Assembly (NCBI RefSeq): GCF_001949145.1
Contig: NW_019091360.1
Location: 1,485,599 to 1,549,598 of the forward strand
Length of the DNA stretch: 64,000 nucleotides
Source of the DNA: Acanthaster planci
Taxonomy: Eukaryota
Direction of reading: 5' to 3'
Shown: in pieces, positions 25,201 through 39,700 of the stretch
Position numbering within the stretch: the stretch's first letter is position 1
Layout of the letters: each line of letters begins with the position of its first letter
Notes under the pieces: model-generated
What the model was told of the DNA's origin: nothing
Database searches by the model: none
The model's input: the letters and a program-made list of their open reading frames with translations, nothing else
Position numbers and translations under genes: made by a program

Positions 25201-25834
25201 GAAGTGTTACAAAATCAGCCGTTCAACAGGCAACAACGGTAGGGGGTGGTTACACACGAACTAATTCTGTGAAAATAATCTTGGAAATTCACACCGCCCT
25301 CTGTTGATCTGAACTAGGCTCTGGCAGTTGAGGCAGCACTACGTTTGAATGATTTCCATTTGCCGGGTTTAATACTGGACCTTGTTTTTAAGATCATACT
25401 TTCTGAATAAAAAAAATAGTCAAGAGACACTGTGTCCATGGTACTTTCATTTTTCTTCTCACGATGTTCCTTATTTCCTGGTCCCTGTTCAGAGGTCTAT
25501 TCGATGATAAAAGGCACTTGACTTTAATATTCCCCGCTGACAAGAAACACTTCCCTTCCTGCGCAATACATGACAAGATTATGCTGCTTAGCCGCTGGTT
25601 CAGTGTGGTTTGTGATACAGCATTTTTCCCCTATCTTTCCCTGAACATCGCAGTGACATCACTTTGCAGCTGCGATAAATGAGCCGAGGACACATGTTGT
25701 CAAGATCTACACTCTGAGCTGTACCAACTGGGCCTCTAGACTGTAATTTGTCAGGCGGTGTTTTTTCCCTGAAAGATGGCGTGTGTGTCAACTCTGGAGA
25801 ACTGATGAGTTCCCTTCTAGTGAGCACCAACGTT

Positions 25835-25938
25835 CCGCTCGGGCCGCTCCGCTCGGGCCGCTCCGCTCGGGCCGCACCGCTCGGGCCGCTCCGCTCGGGC
25901 CGCACCGCTCGGGCCGCACCGCTCGGGCCGCTCCGCTC
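25835..25938. repeat. CpG-rich 14-bp tandem repeat (CCGCTCGGGCCGCW), ~7.5 copies
   Basis: Directly visible array. Confidence 0.95.
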
Positions 25939-26611
25939 AAGGCCTCCACCTTCCTACATGCCTCCCCAGAACTTAGAGAGGGAAACATGAGTTGATAGTC
26001 AACCTTTGCTGGGGTTTTAACTGTGACAGGGCCGGAGTTCCCCTCTCCGAAAAATATAGGCCCCCAAATGTCCCCATGGAAAATGTACCCCTCTTACACC
26101 ACTGCCGGCATTCTTAAGGAGCCCTCAGACTAGAGCATGGTCTCAGCTCAAATCCAACCCCCCCCCCGCGACAAATTTACAGGGACATACAGTGGACTCA
26201 CCTAAAACAAAGGTACAAGGAGCCAGCTCCGCCAATCAGCGAACACTGAAACTTGCAGGACATGCGCCTCTGAGGGGTGTTCCGATTCCAACCCTGACCG
26301 CACTTGAAGTCGACACGCCCCCTTGAACTCACTGTAACCCCCACCAGATAGACTGGTGAGGTTGGCACACGCACACACACAGACAGACAGTAGCCTTGGA
26401 GGAGGGGGACAGAGGGGGTGGGGAGGAAATGAGGCTCGGGGGCTGGCAGACTGTCTGGGAAATGTGACAAACTGCCTCATTAGACCAAGGACAGGTCGAG
26501 TCAGAACAGGGCCAAAGAGGCGAGGCCTCAAGGGTCCGTGTCAGTGACAGCAACAAATTTCCTTTACTCATTGAATACTGTGATATTACCCAGGTCAAAT
26601 ATCTGTCAAAT

Positions 26612-26937
26612 AAGGCTTTTGCAAGTTACATTTGAATAAAATCTGGTAAACTGTGTTCTTTAAATTCACGTGAACGTAACATTTTGAATTCTCCATACTA
26701 AAAACACTGTTGCTATACTGCATGATTCAGAGCAAGCTTTTGCTTAGTTACATAAGATACACAACAAGGGCATAAAGGTACCACTCCAGAGATGGTGGTC
26801 GCTATGCAAAAGCTTGCCCCGAAGCACCAGGTATGGCAACAGTGTCTTTAGTCCGGAGAATTTAAATTGTTACATTTATGTGCTATCAGATAACACAGTG
26901 TACCAGATTTTATTCAAATTTAACTCGCAAAAGGCTT
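26612..26937. mobile_element. Long-palindrome MITE; partial copy at ~40480-40540
   Basis: 'ttttgcaagttacatttgaataaaatctggtaaactgtgtt' pairs with 'aacacagtgtaccagattttattcaaatttaactcgcaaaa'. The inner arms 'aaacactgttgctatac' and 'gtatggcaacagtgtc' also pair. Confidence 0.7.
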
Positions 26938-27719
26938 GTTATCAAAGAATACCATATACATTTAGAAGACAACAAGAAAAAACAGGAAGATAAAGTAAAT
27001 TGCATGTACCAATCTACAAAATGTAGATTTCAGTGACTTCTCACAAACCAATGTTTCCTGTCTGCATTGTCTTACTAAATTTGATACCTGAAAGATTGCT
27101 TGAGAAAACTGTAGACAAATAAAGATTTCGCTATGAATATTTTTCTATCAGTATGTGCTGAATTTAAGGCACAAATTTCTCTTCATACAAAAAGTTGTCT
27201 GCAGTGTCGTATTGACGCAGTCATATATTTACACCCTAATTTCCCCAAACTTCCCAATTAAAGATGTTGACATCATTTCAGGTAAGAGCTCACTGAAATT
27301 TGGTGCCTTCCTTTGAAGGAAAATTTATGGTGCAGTAAAAAAGATTGTTTCCAATCCTATTAGCTGTTTAATTTTCCCGAGCTGTTCTTTTTTCATAGCT
27401 TTTCTTTTTAGGGATTAAATTTGTATCAAATCTGGACTTTTTATTTGGTTCTGACAAAATATGCAGCAACTAGGGCAAGTTTTAACTGGAAAACCTTCAT
27501 GAAAACTCTTTTCAACACAAAAGTATCCACAAAGGGCTCTCAAAAATCTGTTTACCGTTGATAAACTTGCCATCTTAAAAAAAACCACTTCCTCCATTTT
27601 TCAAAACAAATCACGGACAAGAAACTGTTTCTTCTTTTACGTGGCATAATCTCATCACCGTCTAGCCCTCTACTCCCCTACCTTCATTCTCCAATCATCC
27701 CCCTTTTTTTATTTTGTAT

Positions 27720-30700
27720 CTAATCGGCTGGCAGGCCCAGTTCAAACCTCCTTTCTGACAGCATCTTGCCTGCCTCGATGCAAGCGTGCACCCACTCCGG
27801 CGACACCAGATGAAACTTACTCCTTCGCTGTCTCAGCAATTTCTTGTACGAGGGAAGCCGTGTCTTGTCACTGTTCATTCCATTTTTCAAAACAAATAAT
27901 TACAAATAATTAGAAGTTCATGCTCCACAATGGCCAGTAAGAAAACTATTTTTAAACTGATTTTAAACAATACTAATGAAGTTTGAATGGAAAGAAAAAA
28001 GAATGATACCTGTGATCCAAGACAACATGGGTGATGTCATCAGCCATCTTGGGTGAGACGGTGGCACCATAGAAACGCATCTCCATGGCAACCAGATCCA
28101 AGCTGCAGTCTTTTATGTGCTGAAATCACAAGGGAGGTCAACACTGCATTTATTTGCCAAACTTTGCACGGATGAAAGAAATGAGCCTTCATGTTAATCA
28201 CTTATGGAAAAATATCACACAGTTGGTCAATCTCTACAAAACAAAATTGTACCAAGAAATCTGTACTAAATCTGAGATTCTGAATTTCACCTCTTTCCAA
28301 CTTTTGGAAGTATTTCCGTACTTTTTGGCAGCTTTAAATAGTGTGACTAATGTTTAACACTAACAAGCAGATTTCAAGCAGTTTGTCCAATGAAACATGA
28401 CTTCTGAAGTCTGTTTTGTTCAAGTGACTATACGAGTTTGGAAATAAATTTTAAACACACCAAACAATATTTGATAAAACAGAATTTGGTCAAATTACTC
28501 TTTAATCATGCAAAATTCACATTCACATAATGTCTGAGGTATTCCACACTTTGGGGGGAAAATTTTAATTTCAAACACTCACATTTCAAGAACCCAAAAT
28601 CTCAAAGAGGTCCAAGACATGGCAAATAAATTGGTTATTTCATGAAATCAATAGAGTTGTGAAATTTCAAACTTTAGATTCTCTTTGTAACGGTCAGTGG
28701 CAACTATCCTGACTTTTTGTTAACTTTTCAGTATTTGGAAATACTCACAGTTGATTGGTCACTGATGATGAGAGTTGAGTCCATGTACACCTTGCAGAGT
28801 CGGAACAGCCCCAAGGGGGACTCCCCGGGAAAATACTTCTGTTCCAGCTCCGCGATGGCCTCGCTGTCGAGCATATGATAATCGCCCTGTTGCAGGAACA
28901 ATACAAGTCAAAAACTCACCAACGTGACTGATGAAACAAATGCTACTGAGCACGCCTGGTATTGGGGAATTCAGATTCTCTGCACAACCCAATGGCCCCC
29001 TTTAATGGCAGAAAGTCTTGTGTTGGGTTACATGGAGCAACCGTCACAGAACAATGGCTCCAGTCCGTACATTAGTTACCACAACCATACCACCATTGGT
29101 CGGGGCCACTACAAATGGCGAGTGATAGCATTGCCATGATTATCCAGATTCATCTTTAGGGAACCCTCACTGGACCACATGACCCAATGGACATGTGACA
29201 TTGTAATAGGCAAAGACCATATCAGTGCGAGCATTAGGTACTGGGAAACCCTTCAAAGCTTTGATAGATGGCAAAAAACACGTAGGTAGCACCCACTACA
29301 GGATCGAAATAAATGCAACAACTGCATACTTGCACAAGTGGCAACCATCCTCTGATCAAGAATTTGTGGTTATCTTACGTGGAAATCAATATGCCTCAGT
29401 GTCTAGCTTACAACTTGCTAAGTATGGTTGCTAACCAAATGCTTGCGTAACTCAATGGTGGTTTATCTCCTTAAAGAATTTGTGATTGTCTTACGTGAAA
29501 ATCAATACAACTCAGTGTCTAGTTTACAACTTGCCAAGTACAATTGCTAACCAAATGCTTGCCTAATGCAATGGCGTTTAATCTTGGCTAAATCATGTGT
29601 TCGTGGGGTGCTTTGATTTCATGTCGTCAAGTATATCTCTCCAAACAACGATTCTGTACAGTGATCTGCAGGACTTGGAGTTAATGCAGGTGGGCTAAAA
29701 ACCCAAGCCAAATGTCAGCCACAGTGAGAATCCAAACTCAAAGTAAAGAAGCTAACCTATTGCTTTCCAGGTGAGAATGACGGAGCACATGGAAATGCAA
29801 CACAGAAATTAAGACCAATTTACGCAAGGGAGCAACAATTTTATTAGTGCTGTCGTCAAGAGCCTTTTAGGCCCTCACAAGACTAACACAATCTCTCGGG
29901 TCTAAATTCAAGTCACAAGCTATTCAAATGACTTGCAACAAAAGAATTTTTTGTAACAACTCACCCCGTTACTTGTGAATGGTCTTGTGGCCGGTCTTAT
30001 GATATCTTGACTTCAACACAAAAATGGACACACACCTTACGGGCTTCTGTTTAATGATGTCATTACATCGGCACTGCTTAGATAATTAAAACAAGCAACT
30101 GTGCAAATAGACCAATGACTCTGAGTTCAATAAATGAAAATATTCATATCAGTAAAAACCCTTCTTACCTCTTGACCGACTTTGTCAAAGATTTCCTTGA
30201 GCTTCTCCGCGTCCACATCTTCTGTGTAGCTATCCCCATGACGATCGTACAGCAATGAAAACTGTTCTTTGGTTTCTGGGGAGACGTGAATCATGTGACT
30301 TGGTAGCCAAGGAAGGCATTTCTTCTCCTCCTGTGTCGAAAAAAATCCAGCACGAACCAATACATATGCAAATTCAAAGTTGCAAGATATTCCAAAATTA
30401 ACCCGATTACGAAGCAAAGTAATAAAAAAAATCCCTGAATGATTAATCCCTCAACAAATCTATAATTTAGGGGTCAAAAATTCTGACATTTTGGAAAAAT
30501 CACATCCCCTGACAAATCCACAGAGACCCCTCCCCTCAAACCACTGATCATCTGATGGTTCATGCAACACACCTGGTTACTTACCAAACATGTCAGAAGC
30601 CACTCCGTTCTGACCACATCATAGATATCACAGCTAACAAACAATAAAACACATCAGGCATAAATCTCCAGCTCACCTCATAGACACAAGACTACAATGG

Positions 30701-33700
30701 ATGGAATAAGCCAGTTGTGAATTTCGAAATGGCGAGATCATTGAGAACAAATCATGTAAGCTCCAACATATTTAGTGCCTGTGAAACAGTGCTGTCATGC
30801 TGATGGAGCCAACCTCGCGCAAAGGTGTTGTTATTGCTGACCTCTAAGGAAAATTCTTATCAGGTAGGTGTCAGACAGAACCGTCCGACCCATACATTTA
30901 TTATTGGTTGGCTATCAGGTGAAGTTTTCTCAAGTGGCCAATTCTACCCGATAAATGCCTTTTCATTGCATTACTCCCAAGGCTATGTGGTTTCAGTAGA
31001 GCAACACCCCTCCATTATTCACTCAACACAAGTCACTGTTATTATTTATTTATCGGTCGGATGGCCCTGTCCTATGGTCAACCGATAGGAATTTTGAAAT
31101 GATGCCAAACACACTTCATTTTAGGTACGTTCCAATGCAATCCTCTAAATGCTCATTATTCAAATGATATTAAAATATTGCATATTCCTGCCAATTAACA
31201 TTTTACCTGATGATGTTCCGCACTTTCAGGTTGACCTTGTCGGCTAAGACGCAGAACGTTTCATACCCCGGGTTCTGAACCACCTGCCCTCCGTACTCCA
31301 CGATCTTCTTCTCCAACTCTGTCTTGGAGTGGCTGGGTGGTCCGTTGATGACACAAAATTCGCGCTCGGCAAACATCTCTGACACCTTGCGCAAAAAGCA
31401 AGCTTTCAATGAGTATAATAATGATGCGTATTTCCACCAGTACACTTTTAGGCCTTGAGGGGGTAACCGTGATGATAAAATTTTCTAAAGGCCATCTCAG
31501 CTCCCTGAGGGGTATTCAGCTTGCTAAATGCACACAATAACCCTCTCTGCCCTGCAAGGTACCCATTGCCACTCCTAGGTGGAGAGAGGTACGTTGGGAA
31601 GAGTGTGACTTGCTGAAGGTCAGGTTCAAATTGGCTAAGGAATCAGCCAAAAGCAAATGTCATCACATACAGTATTGGCTGGTACTCTGCGTTTTAAAAA
31701 ACAGTTTGGGTGGCTGTGAGCCTAACAGCTCTATCAATGCTTGATCTCTCGTTTTGAGGAGAATCGGAAAGAAATCAAGGCTAAACAGAATGCCACGGGT
31801 CCAACCAAAAGATGACAAAGTACCACGAGACCACAAGGTTGCACTGGGCAAGAGGCCGGTTAGAAGCTGTACGTTATTCACTGTAAACTCGACAATGAGG
31901 CTTATTTTCATGTAACACAAAACAAATTCTTTATCAAATGGCATAAAAGTCACCACTTGTGCCATGTATGGCTGTTATCTTGCCAAGCTAGCACTAGGGA
32001 CCAGCTCTGCATTTTTCTCAAATTTCTCGCATATTATCAAATGTTTGAAGACTCCCCTACTGCTCTCAATAATGCGCAGCACTGCCATTTTTTCCTACGA
32101 CAATGACGGATGTGTGTCAAATCACTGAGTTAGTGACAGCGCCTTACTGAGAGACATAAAAACCCACCTTTGTGACCTCTGAAACATCAGCGGCCATGAA
32201 GCGAGCAGCCACGCCGACAGGCTTAGCCGTTCGAGTGGCTACCTTCCTCTTCTTGCTTGGTACATCTTCGTCCCCCTCCAGGCCAGCATACTTTGTTGCT
32301 AGCTTGCCCTCCGATGCCTAAAACCATCAAACAAAAACTCATTTATTGTGGCCTGTTCAAAAACAGACAAAAAATGTACACACCAATGTATATTGTTTGC
32401 AAACGTCAATATTACAATGGTGACTTCATTCTCCCAACGGTTCTTTTCATCAGCTCGACACATTTATATCAATTTTGCAAGTGAATCTCTAACCAGTTGA
32501 TGTAGGAATTATCTTATTGTAAACTTATCCGTGGCCCGCCTTGAGCAGAAGCACTCCCTCATTGGTTGAAAAGAGCTGTGTTGGTCGGGAGTGTTCATTT
32601 TGCTGGTAGCAATGTGACCATAACACTTATATTTCTTAGTTGTTTGCAAACCGGTTAAGTGCAGTTCTGTCCAAAGGAGCCTACGTTGCTAGGAAAATTG
32701 CCCCCTCTCTTGGTCCAGCTCGGGGCTCATTGTGGGCTGAAAATTCTTTCACTCCATCAACCATTTGCATGTGTACAAACACACTGAGAATCACGGAAGC
32801 ACGGGGGTGAAGCGTTAACGTCCCCCAGTCCTGAATATGGAAATTGGCATGGCATGTTTTTAAATCCTCCAAGCAATGCCACATAAAGTTGTTGAGGGTT
32901 AAACATGTCCTTCAGCGCCAACTCGTTATTAAAGAGACATTAATGACAAAAGCACTTGCCTGTCTTAGATTTTCCAGCTCATCCGTCGTCATGCATTGGT
33001 GCCACTCCCTGTCCTCTCGCACCTTTTCCACCCGCGGGAAACGAAGCGTGCACCCAGTTGGGTAGCTGAGGACAACCAGTAGAGAAATCAGAGGGAATGA
33101 AAGACACTGACAGTGGAAGATTTGAAGACAAGAACAAAGCACATTTATGCACCAAAACTAAGCAAAGTCAACAAGTCGTTGATCTAGAGGAACTGCTAAG
33201 CAACAGGCTTTGAAAAAAGTAGACTTTTAAAACACATTCTTAAGATTCTGCGACGATGGAAACGTCATGCCCTCTAACTTTTTTGATTTGTATATTAGGT
33301 CACCATGGCCAGCAAGTGTTGTAGCAGTGTTGTGGCACTGTTGTGGCACTGTTGTAGCAGTGTTGTGACAGTGTTGTGGCACTGTTGTAGCAGTGTTGTA
33401 CCAGTGTTGTGGCAGTGTTGTAGCAGTGTTGTGGCAGTGTTGTGGCAGTGTTGTGGCAGTGTTGTGGCAGTGTTGTGGCAGTGTTGTAGCAGTGTTGTGG
33501 CAGTGTTGTGGCAGTGTTGTAGCAGTGTTGTGGCAGTGTTGTGGCACTGTTGTAGCAGTGTTGTAGCAGTGTTGTCAAATAATATTATAACCGGCAAAGA
33601 CAGCTTTAGCATTACCTTGTTGAAGAGTTTATTTCTGTCGCTTTCACTTGGAGAATGAAGGAATGTTGTGGTTTGACATACATGTCTGGCTTTTCCTGAA

Positions 33701-36700
33701 ATGCAACATTCAAAAACAGTAAACTAAACATTATTTGAAACAACCAATAATTACAAGCAGAAATGCATATGACACGTTCTACCCACACTTTCAAGTGTGC
33801 GCAGTGATTCTCCTCAAGCTTGGTTTTCGTATCGACAAAAAGGATGCGGATCACCGAACAGCCTTCAATCACATGGAAAACGCTATATCGCAACTGACGA
33901 AGACACACGTGCAGACAGTCTCTGCAGTTGGATCACATTCAAGCCGCGAGTACAGGCCCGCAGAAACACCCCGGCTGGCGCGACAGGCAGGCAGCAGGGT
34001 CCCTCTCAATTTAGCACCGCACATTTTGTTCATTTTCTCTTTATGTTTAAAAAAAACCCCTCCGTTGTTGACAAAATGGATGACCACCAATGAAATACAT
34101 GTAACATTCAACCCAAGCACCAGTTTAGCTTCAAGAAAGGTAAAACCAACCAAAAAGCACATTTCCTATTGTTTCGTGTCTTGGCAAATAACGTCACACT
34201 CTTTTGCTTTCACAACCATCTCGACATCTTGCATGCTTAATGGATACCTGGCTGAAAAGGGCCACCTAATTTTGCTACAGAGTGGCCGTTCACAAACAGG
34301 GGCCAATTTCATAGAGCTGCCTAAGCACAAAATTTGCATAAGCGTGAAAAAAACCTTGCTTGACAAATCAGGTTACCAGCCAAAACTCCATGTGATGTAT
34401 ATTGTTTTGGAATGGTATTCATCTGTTGTTTGGTTAGTATGACAATCACATAGATGTTGAGGTGATAACCTTTGTTTTTTTTGCAAGGTTTTTTGCGCTT
34501 AAGCAAATTTTGTGCTTAAGCAGCTCTATGAAGTTGGCCCCTGGACATGCCCATTGATTGCCTCTGTGCGTGGACTTACCTTCGTGAATTGGAGAAACGA
34601 AGGAGGGTTTTCCTTCTTAAAGACTTTCAAGTGTGGGAGCAGGCGTTGGTTGAAGTCATACAATTCTTTAAGTGTGTAACCGGACCCAACCTGTTGAGTA
34701 TAAAGCAGGCATCATGTCATCTTTAAATTTAAATCTTAGAAAAAATAAACTTCCGGGAACAAAAAGGGTAAACAGGAATTTAATTCCCAAATCACTTTGC
34801 CTTTTTTTATGAGGTCTACCTTTGCAAAGGCAATAAATTTGACAGGATGCTCTCCAGGCACTTCTGGGGGCTCAGCAACAGCCAATAGGAAGTGAGATAC
34901 CATCTGGGATCGAATCTGTCAATGACAGAAAACAGGGCGAGTTTTACAAGAACTTGTGTGATTTGTTGAGTGGCTTAGGCATCATTTCAAAATTCTCATC
35001 GGTTGACCATAGGACAGGGCCATCCGACCGATAAATAAATAATAACAGTGACTTGTGTTGAGTGAATAATGGAGGGGTGTTGCTCCGCTGAAACCACATA
35101 GCCTTGGGAGTAATGCAATGTAAAGGCATTTATCAGTTAGAATTGGCCACTTGAGAACACTTCACCTGATAACCAACTGATAATAAATGTATCGGTCAGA
35201 CGGTTCTGTCTGACACCTACCTGATAAGAATTTTGAAATGGTGCCTTAAATAAAGTAAAAATCTCTAAGACTGAATATTTTAAAATCATCCTTAACCACA
35301 TGCTGCCGGGTGGTTTGAAAAATGCAGTGCACACATACGGGACATTTTCAAGATTTTCAGTTTTCAAAATTCTTCCAAAATTAACCATTTCAATTAATGG
35401 ACATTTACACCTACACGAATGACTGTCTGGTGGCTACTCTAATCTGACAGACAAAATCCATTGACGTCCGAGTATTTCAGCCAGGCCTGCAGCCTTGTAA
35501 AAAGAGCCCAGATTTTGTTCACGAACCTGGCACAGTGCGCTGCCGACCTCTTTTCAGCAGGGGCCAGATTAGCATGCAGCAGTGCTGTGTGGCTCATCGC
35601 TGCGGCGGTGGAGCGCTTTTGTCCCCAGTGGTAATCCGCTCGCTCTAAATGCCCCAAACCGTGGTATACTGTTTTAAAACAAGGCTGGATTTTCTCCACT
35701 ACTGAGAGTGAAAAAATGTTGGTAATTCCCAGCAGCCTGGTCTCTTGTTACGAGTACGGTCTTTTGTTACAAGGCCCACTTCCCTTTGTCTGATTTCGGA
35801 CACCCCAGCCATGCTTATAAAGAACACGTGTTCGGTACCGGAAACCCCAGCAGCAAGTGGTCAATGACAAACAAACACATTGCAATGTTTCAAAATGGCT
35901 TTTTGAATCCCAGCAGAGGAAAATGAAACAAATGGCACAACCTAATGAAGCAATTCAAGCAATAAAATAGCAATACATGTGCATCAAAGTGACTCCATCT
36001 CGGGCAGGAAATATGTGACCTACTCTGCCTATACCAGACTGAGGCAGCTATTGAGATTTTGTGTTACTATTTTGCTTTCAGAGTGTAAATTTATCCAAAA
36101 ATACATTTTTGGTTAAGAAAAAATGGTAATTGTGACTAATCAGATGTGTTAAATCTACATTGCTTGTGTGCTGTCCGTTCAACAAAAAAGATTGAATGAT
36201 GTAGGTTCTCTGAGGACTTGCGGCTGATTTAGAGATAATGGACAAAGGTTTTTTGGGCAATGTATCAAACACTCACCCCCTTGCCAAAGAAACCCCCTAC
36301 CACCAAGAGATCCAACTCATCCATAAGATTGTCCACGTACTCTGGCTTGATCTTCAGCCATCCACTGCCTGTCAAAATACACCAAAGGAAAGGCACTATC
36401 CTTGACAATGATAAACATGAACCGCAGAAAGTATCCTCAACATCTAGGACTAAATTTGGTTTTTTTTTTAGTTGACATGATCTTTAACTGAATGAAACCT
36501 GCATGGTGGGTACCAGTCGTCAGTCGCCATTGTTGCCAAATAGTTACTCTGTGCCAACGGTGACTGTAATCCAGTGAATTGGCAAGAAAACTAGCATTTA
36601 GCACTGCATGAAATAAGTGCCTTTAGCTTAAACTTCGGCTACAAGGTGGAACCCTACATGGTCTTTTACAAGAGTGTGTAAGTCTGTCTTTTAAAAGCAT

Positions 36701-39700
36701 GCTTGCTGAAGGATATTACATACATGGCTCATAAACGGGTGGGCAGAAATGTGCATATTGCAACTTTACGCACTCTTTTTGATATGGTGGTTTTTAATGT
36801 CAAGCCAGTTTGGGGTGAACAGCCAATCCTGATCTTAAAAGAAGACAAACTTCTCACGAGGGACAGAAGCTTTACTGTCACTGCATATCATACACACTAG
36901 TTCTTGGCAAATGCACTGTGACATTACACTACAAACAGAACAGCATTAAATCCCTATTTCATCTTTCACAGATAGCAGACAAAGCATAAGGAATTCTTGT
37001 CATGCGGTGTGGGGCATGGCTAGGTGTGTGTGGGTGGGCGAAATCAAATCTCCTTTCTGTATTGCACACAGGTAAAATTTTGATAGTATAAACAATAGGC
37101 CGATTGTGCCCGCTACAAATTCATGTGATCTACAGTGGGTAACAAACATCAACGAACATGGCGTCCTCCCATAGTAATGTGTGTTTTAAGTGTTATTCAA
37201 CAAAAATAAATCTGATTTTGGTACAGCTCTCAGAACATCAGTAGTCCGAGTACTGCACAGACCATCAGCTTTATTTTTGGTGAATGACACTCCTGACACA
37301 CTTTGCTATGGGAGGAGGCCACGTTTGTTGACGTTTAATACCCACCGTAGGTCATGTGACTTACTGGGCACAAATGGTCTACTGCCCTATGACTGAGCAG
37401 GTATGGCTTTTCAACTCCTCATACTCAAAACGAGGCACGTCTTAGGTCATTTGAGAACATCAACACACTTGCATATGGTATGCCCCATCAGTGCTGCTGT
37501 AAGCTCAGTCACGAGCACTGAACTGTTCGGGCATGACATCTGGGACTTTGATCTCCAACGATCTTGCCTTTTTTGAAATACTAGCTCGTTGCTCCTGGCG
37601 ACAGCGAACAACTCACTAGACTCAAATAAACTCTACACGGTAATGAACCAGTGTTTAAAACAATGACAAGTACACAGCCTGCTGGGGGGAAAGAGATTCC
37701 GGCAGTCTACTGTACCTTTCCTCCTGTCTGGCAGGTAGGTGGTGTTGGGGTTCTTGATCATAATTCCTTCTTCCCGGTTGTCGATGGCATCATTCAAAGC
37801 TGTCACGACCTCCTGCCTTTAAGAACGGAACAACAGAAATTGCAAAACTTACATTACGCATTATCCTGCCACAGAATTTCGAATTCGTTCACTAAGAGCA
37901 TTTTGCCTTTGTGAAAGAGCCTAATAAGATCACACATCTTCCTGCCTTTTAATTTCTTTTAGATATAAAGTAAACAAAAACGGTCTTCCTTCAGGACAAA
38001 CGAACCACTACACATCCATCTTACTTTGAACTTGCTTCCCGTCTCTCCACAATGTGAAGTCTGCCTTCAACAGGAGTGAACACTCTGTCAAAAAGAACAA
38101 AATCCTTGCCTAATTGGCAACCGACTTCCATAATCATCTCCAATCAACAACAAAGCATGCACGACCATATCAAGAAATACCAAACTCCAAACAACTTCTT
38201 CAAGAAAATTATGAAATCTTTCACTAAATTCCGGGCCATTTTGTGTCTCAGTTTCACAATACTGTTTAAAGTACAGTGGGTGAAATTAGGCCAAAACGTG
38301 GTTGGACAGAACTAGAATGATCAACGCTATTTTGTCATTCCCAGATTTTAATCACGAGTATACATGTGTCAAAAGTGGTTTTCAAATGTCCGATGTCAGA
38401 GTGCTTCAACTCGGGAAATTGAAAAAAAAAAGTTTATGATGACATATTATCATAATCCCTGCTAATAAACATCTATCATGGGGCAGCCATCTTGCTTTGA
38501 TACCATTCAAAGCAATGTAACCAAACTGAGGCTGGAAGGAAAACTAATCTGTTCCCTTTCATCAATATGTGAAGTCATATTATTGTTGTCAGTGGGTCTA
38601 CAGGGAAAAAGACAAACATAGCAGCACAATGATGAAGTTCTATTGGGTCAAGTTATCTGACATTTGACTCCCTGGGGAACACACCTGGCAATGCTGCCAC
38701 TTCAGGCACAACTGGCCAAAACTAATAACCATCTCCGCCCTCACTGGCGCCCAATGACTGAAGAGAGGCGCGTAGGGGTGAACTGACTTGCCTAATTGGT
38801 CAGAACATGTAACCGCCTGCTAGGATTTGAACCCCTGACCCTAAGAACAGATGCTACAAACCTAACCACTGGGCCTCAACTTACTCCTTGATGTACTCGA
38901 CTCGTTCATGAAGAGGGAGGTTGGCCAGTTTCTTGTCATTGTAGAGAAGAATGTCAAACACGCAGTAGCAGACTTGGAGATCTAGTCCATAAAAAGGGGA
39001 AGACATGTGAAATCCAGAGAACAGATTGGAATCTGTAATCATATCACATGGCTCACAGCCCTCACAAGGTCTTTGAGTACGAAGTCAAAAAGAATTCTGC
39101 ACGATACGATAAACTGGCCCATGTGCTATGAGCACATGACTGTTGGAAAAATTAACATTTAAACTGACCTGCCTAGGAAAAAATAGGCATTTCGCAACTA
39201 TCCAATTGGTGTGAAAATGATCATATGACATCACTGGAAAAAAGCGCAAAGCCTTAGCATGAACAAAACTGTGTTGCGATGACATCAGAAAACATGTCAA
39301 GGGAAGTAAATACTGCCCCCCCATCTTGTAGGGTTAAAAATAGGATTTCACTTACCTTCGTCATCTTTCAAGGTCTTTATGTCAAAATTTTCACCCTTCG
39401 TCCTGGGGCAATAAATAAAAAGTACAATCAAAGTGACGGGTAATTTGATCACAACCCTCCCTGCTGTTTTTCACAACAGTTTGCTGTTATCAAGTAGTCT
39501 GGTTAGCAATACCTGTATTATAGTTTCGATTGCGAGGCGGGGGCTAGTCTATGATATCACAATGTGATATGCACAAAGATAAGGGTAATATGTATTTTTA
39601 TTGACCGGTCACATGATCACTCTGGTCCAAAGAAAATTCGGGGTGAACAATGCTATTCATTGTCAATTCCCCTTGTGGTTCCTTTGATCATTCACTTTGG

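Noticed and set aside
25600..25995. ORFs with RAAPLGPLRSG or PERSGPSGAAR repeats
   Set aside because: They are translations of the 14-bp tandem repeat.
33227..33658. Cys/His-rich repetitive ORFs ([22 protein letters not shown])
   Set aside because: These are products of the 11-bp tandem repeat.
33735..34442. 235-aa + strand ORF
   Set aside because: It is antisense within a LIG4 intron, has a non-ATG start, runs into a MITE and shows no recognisable motif.
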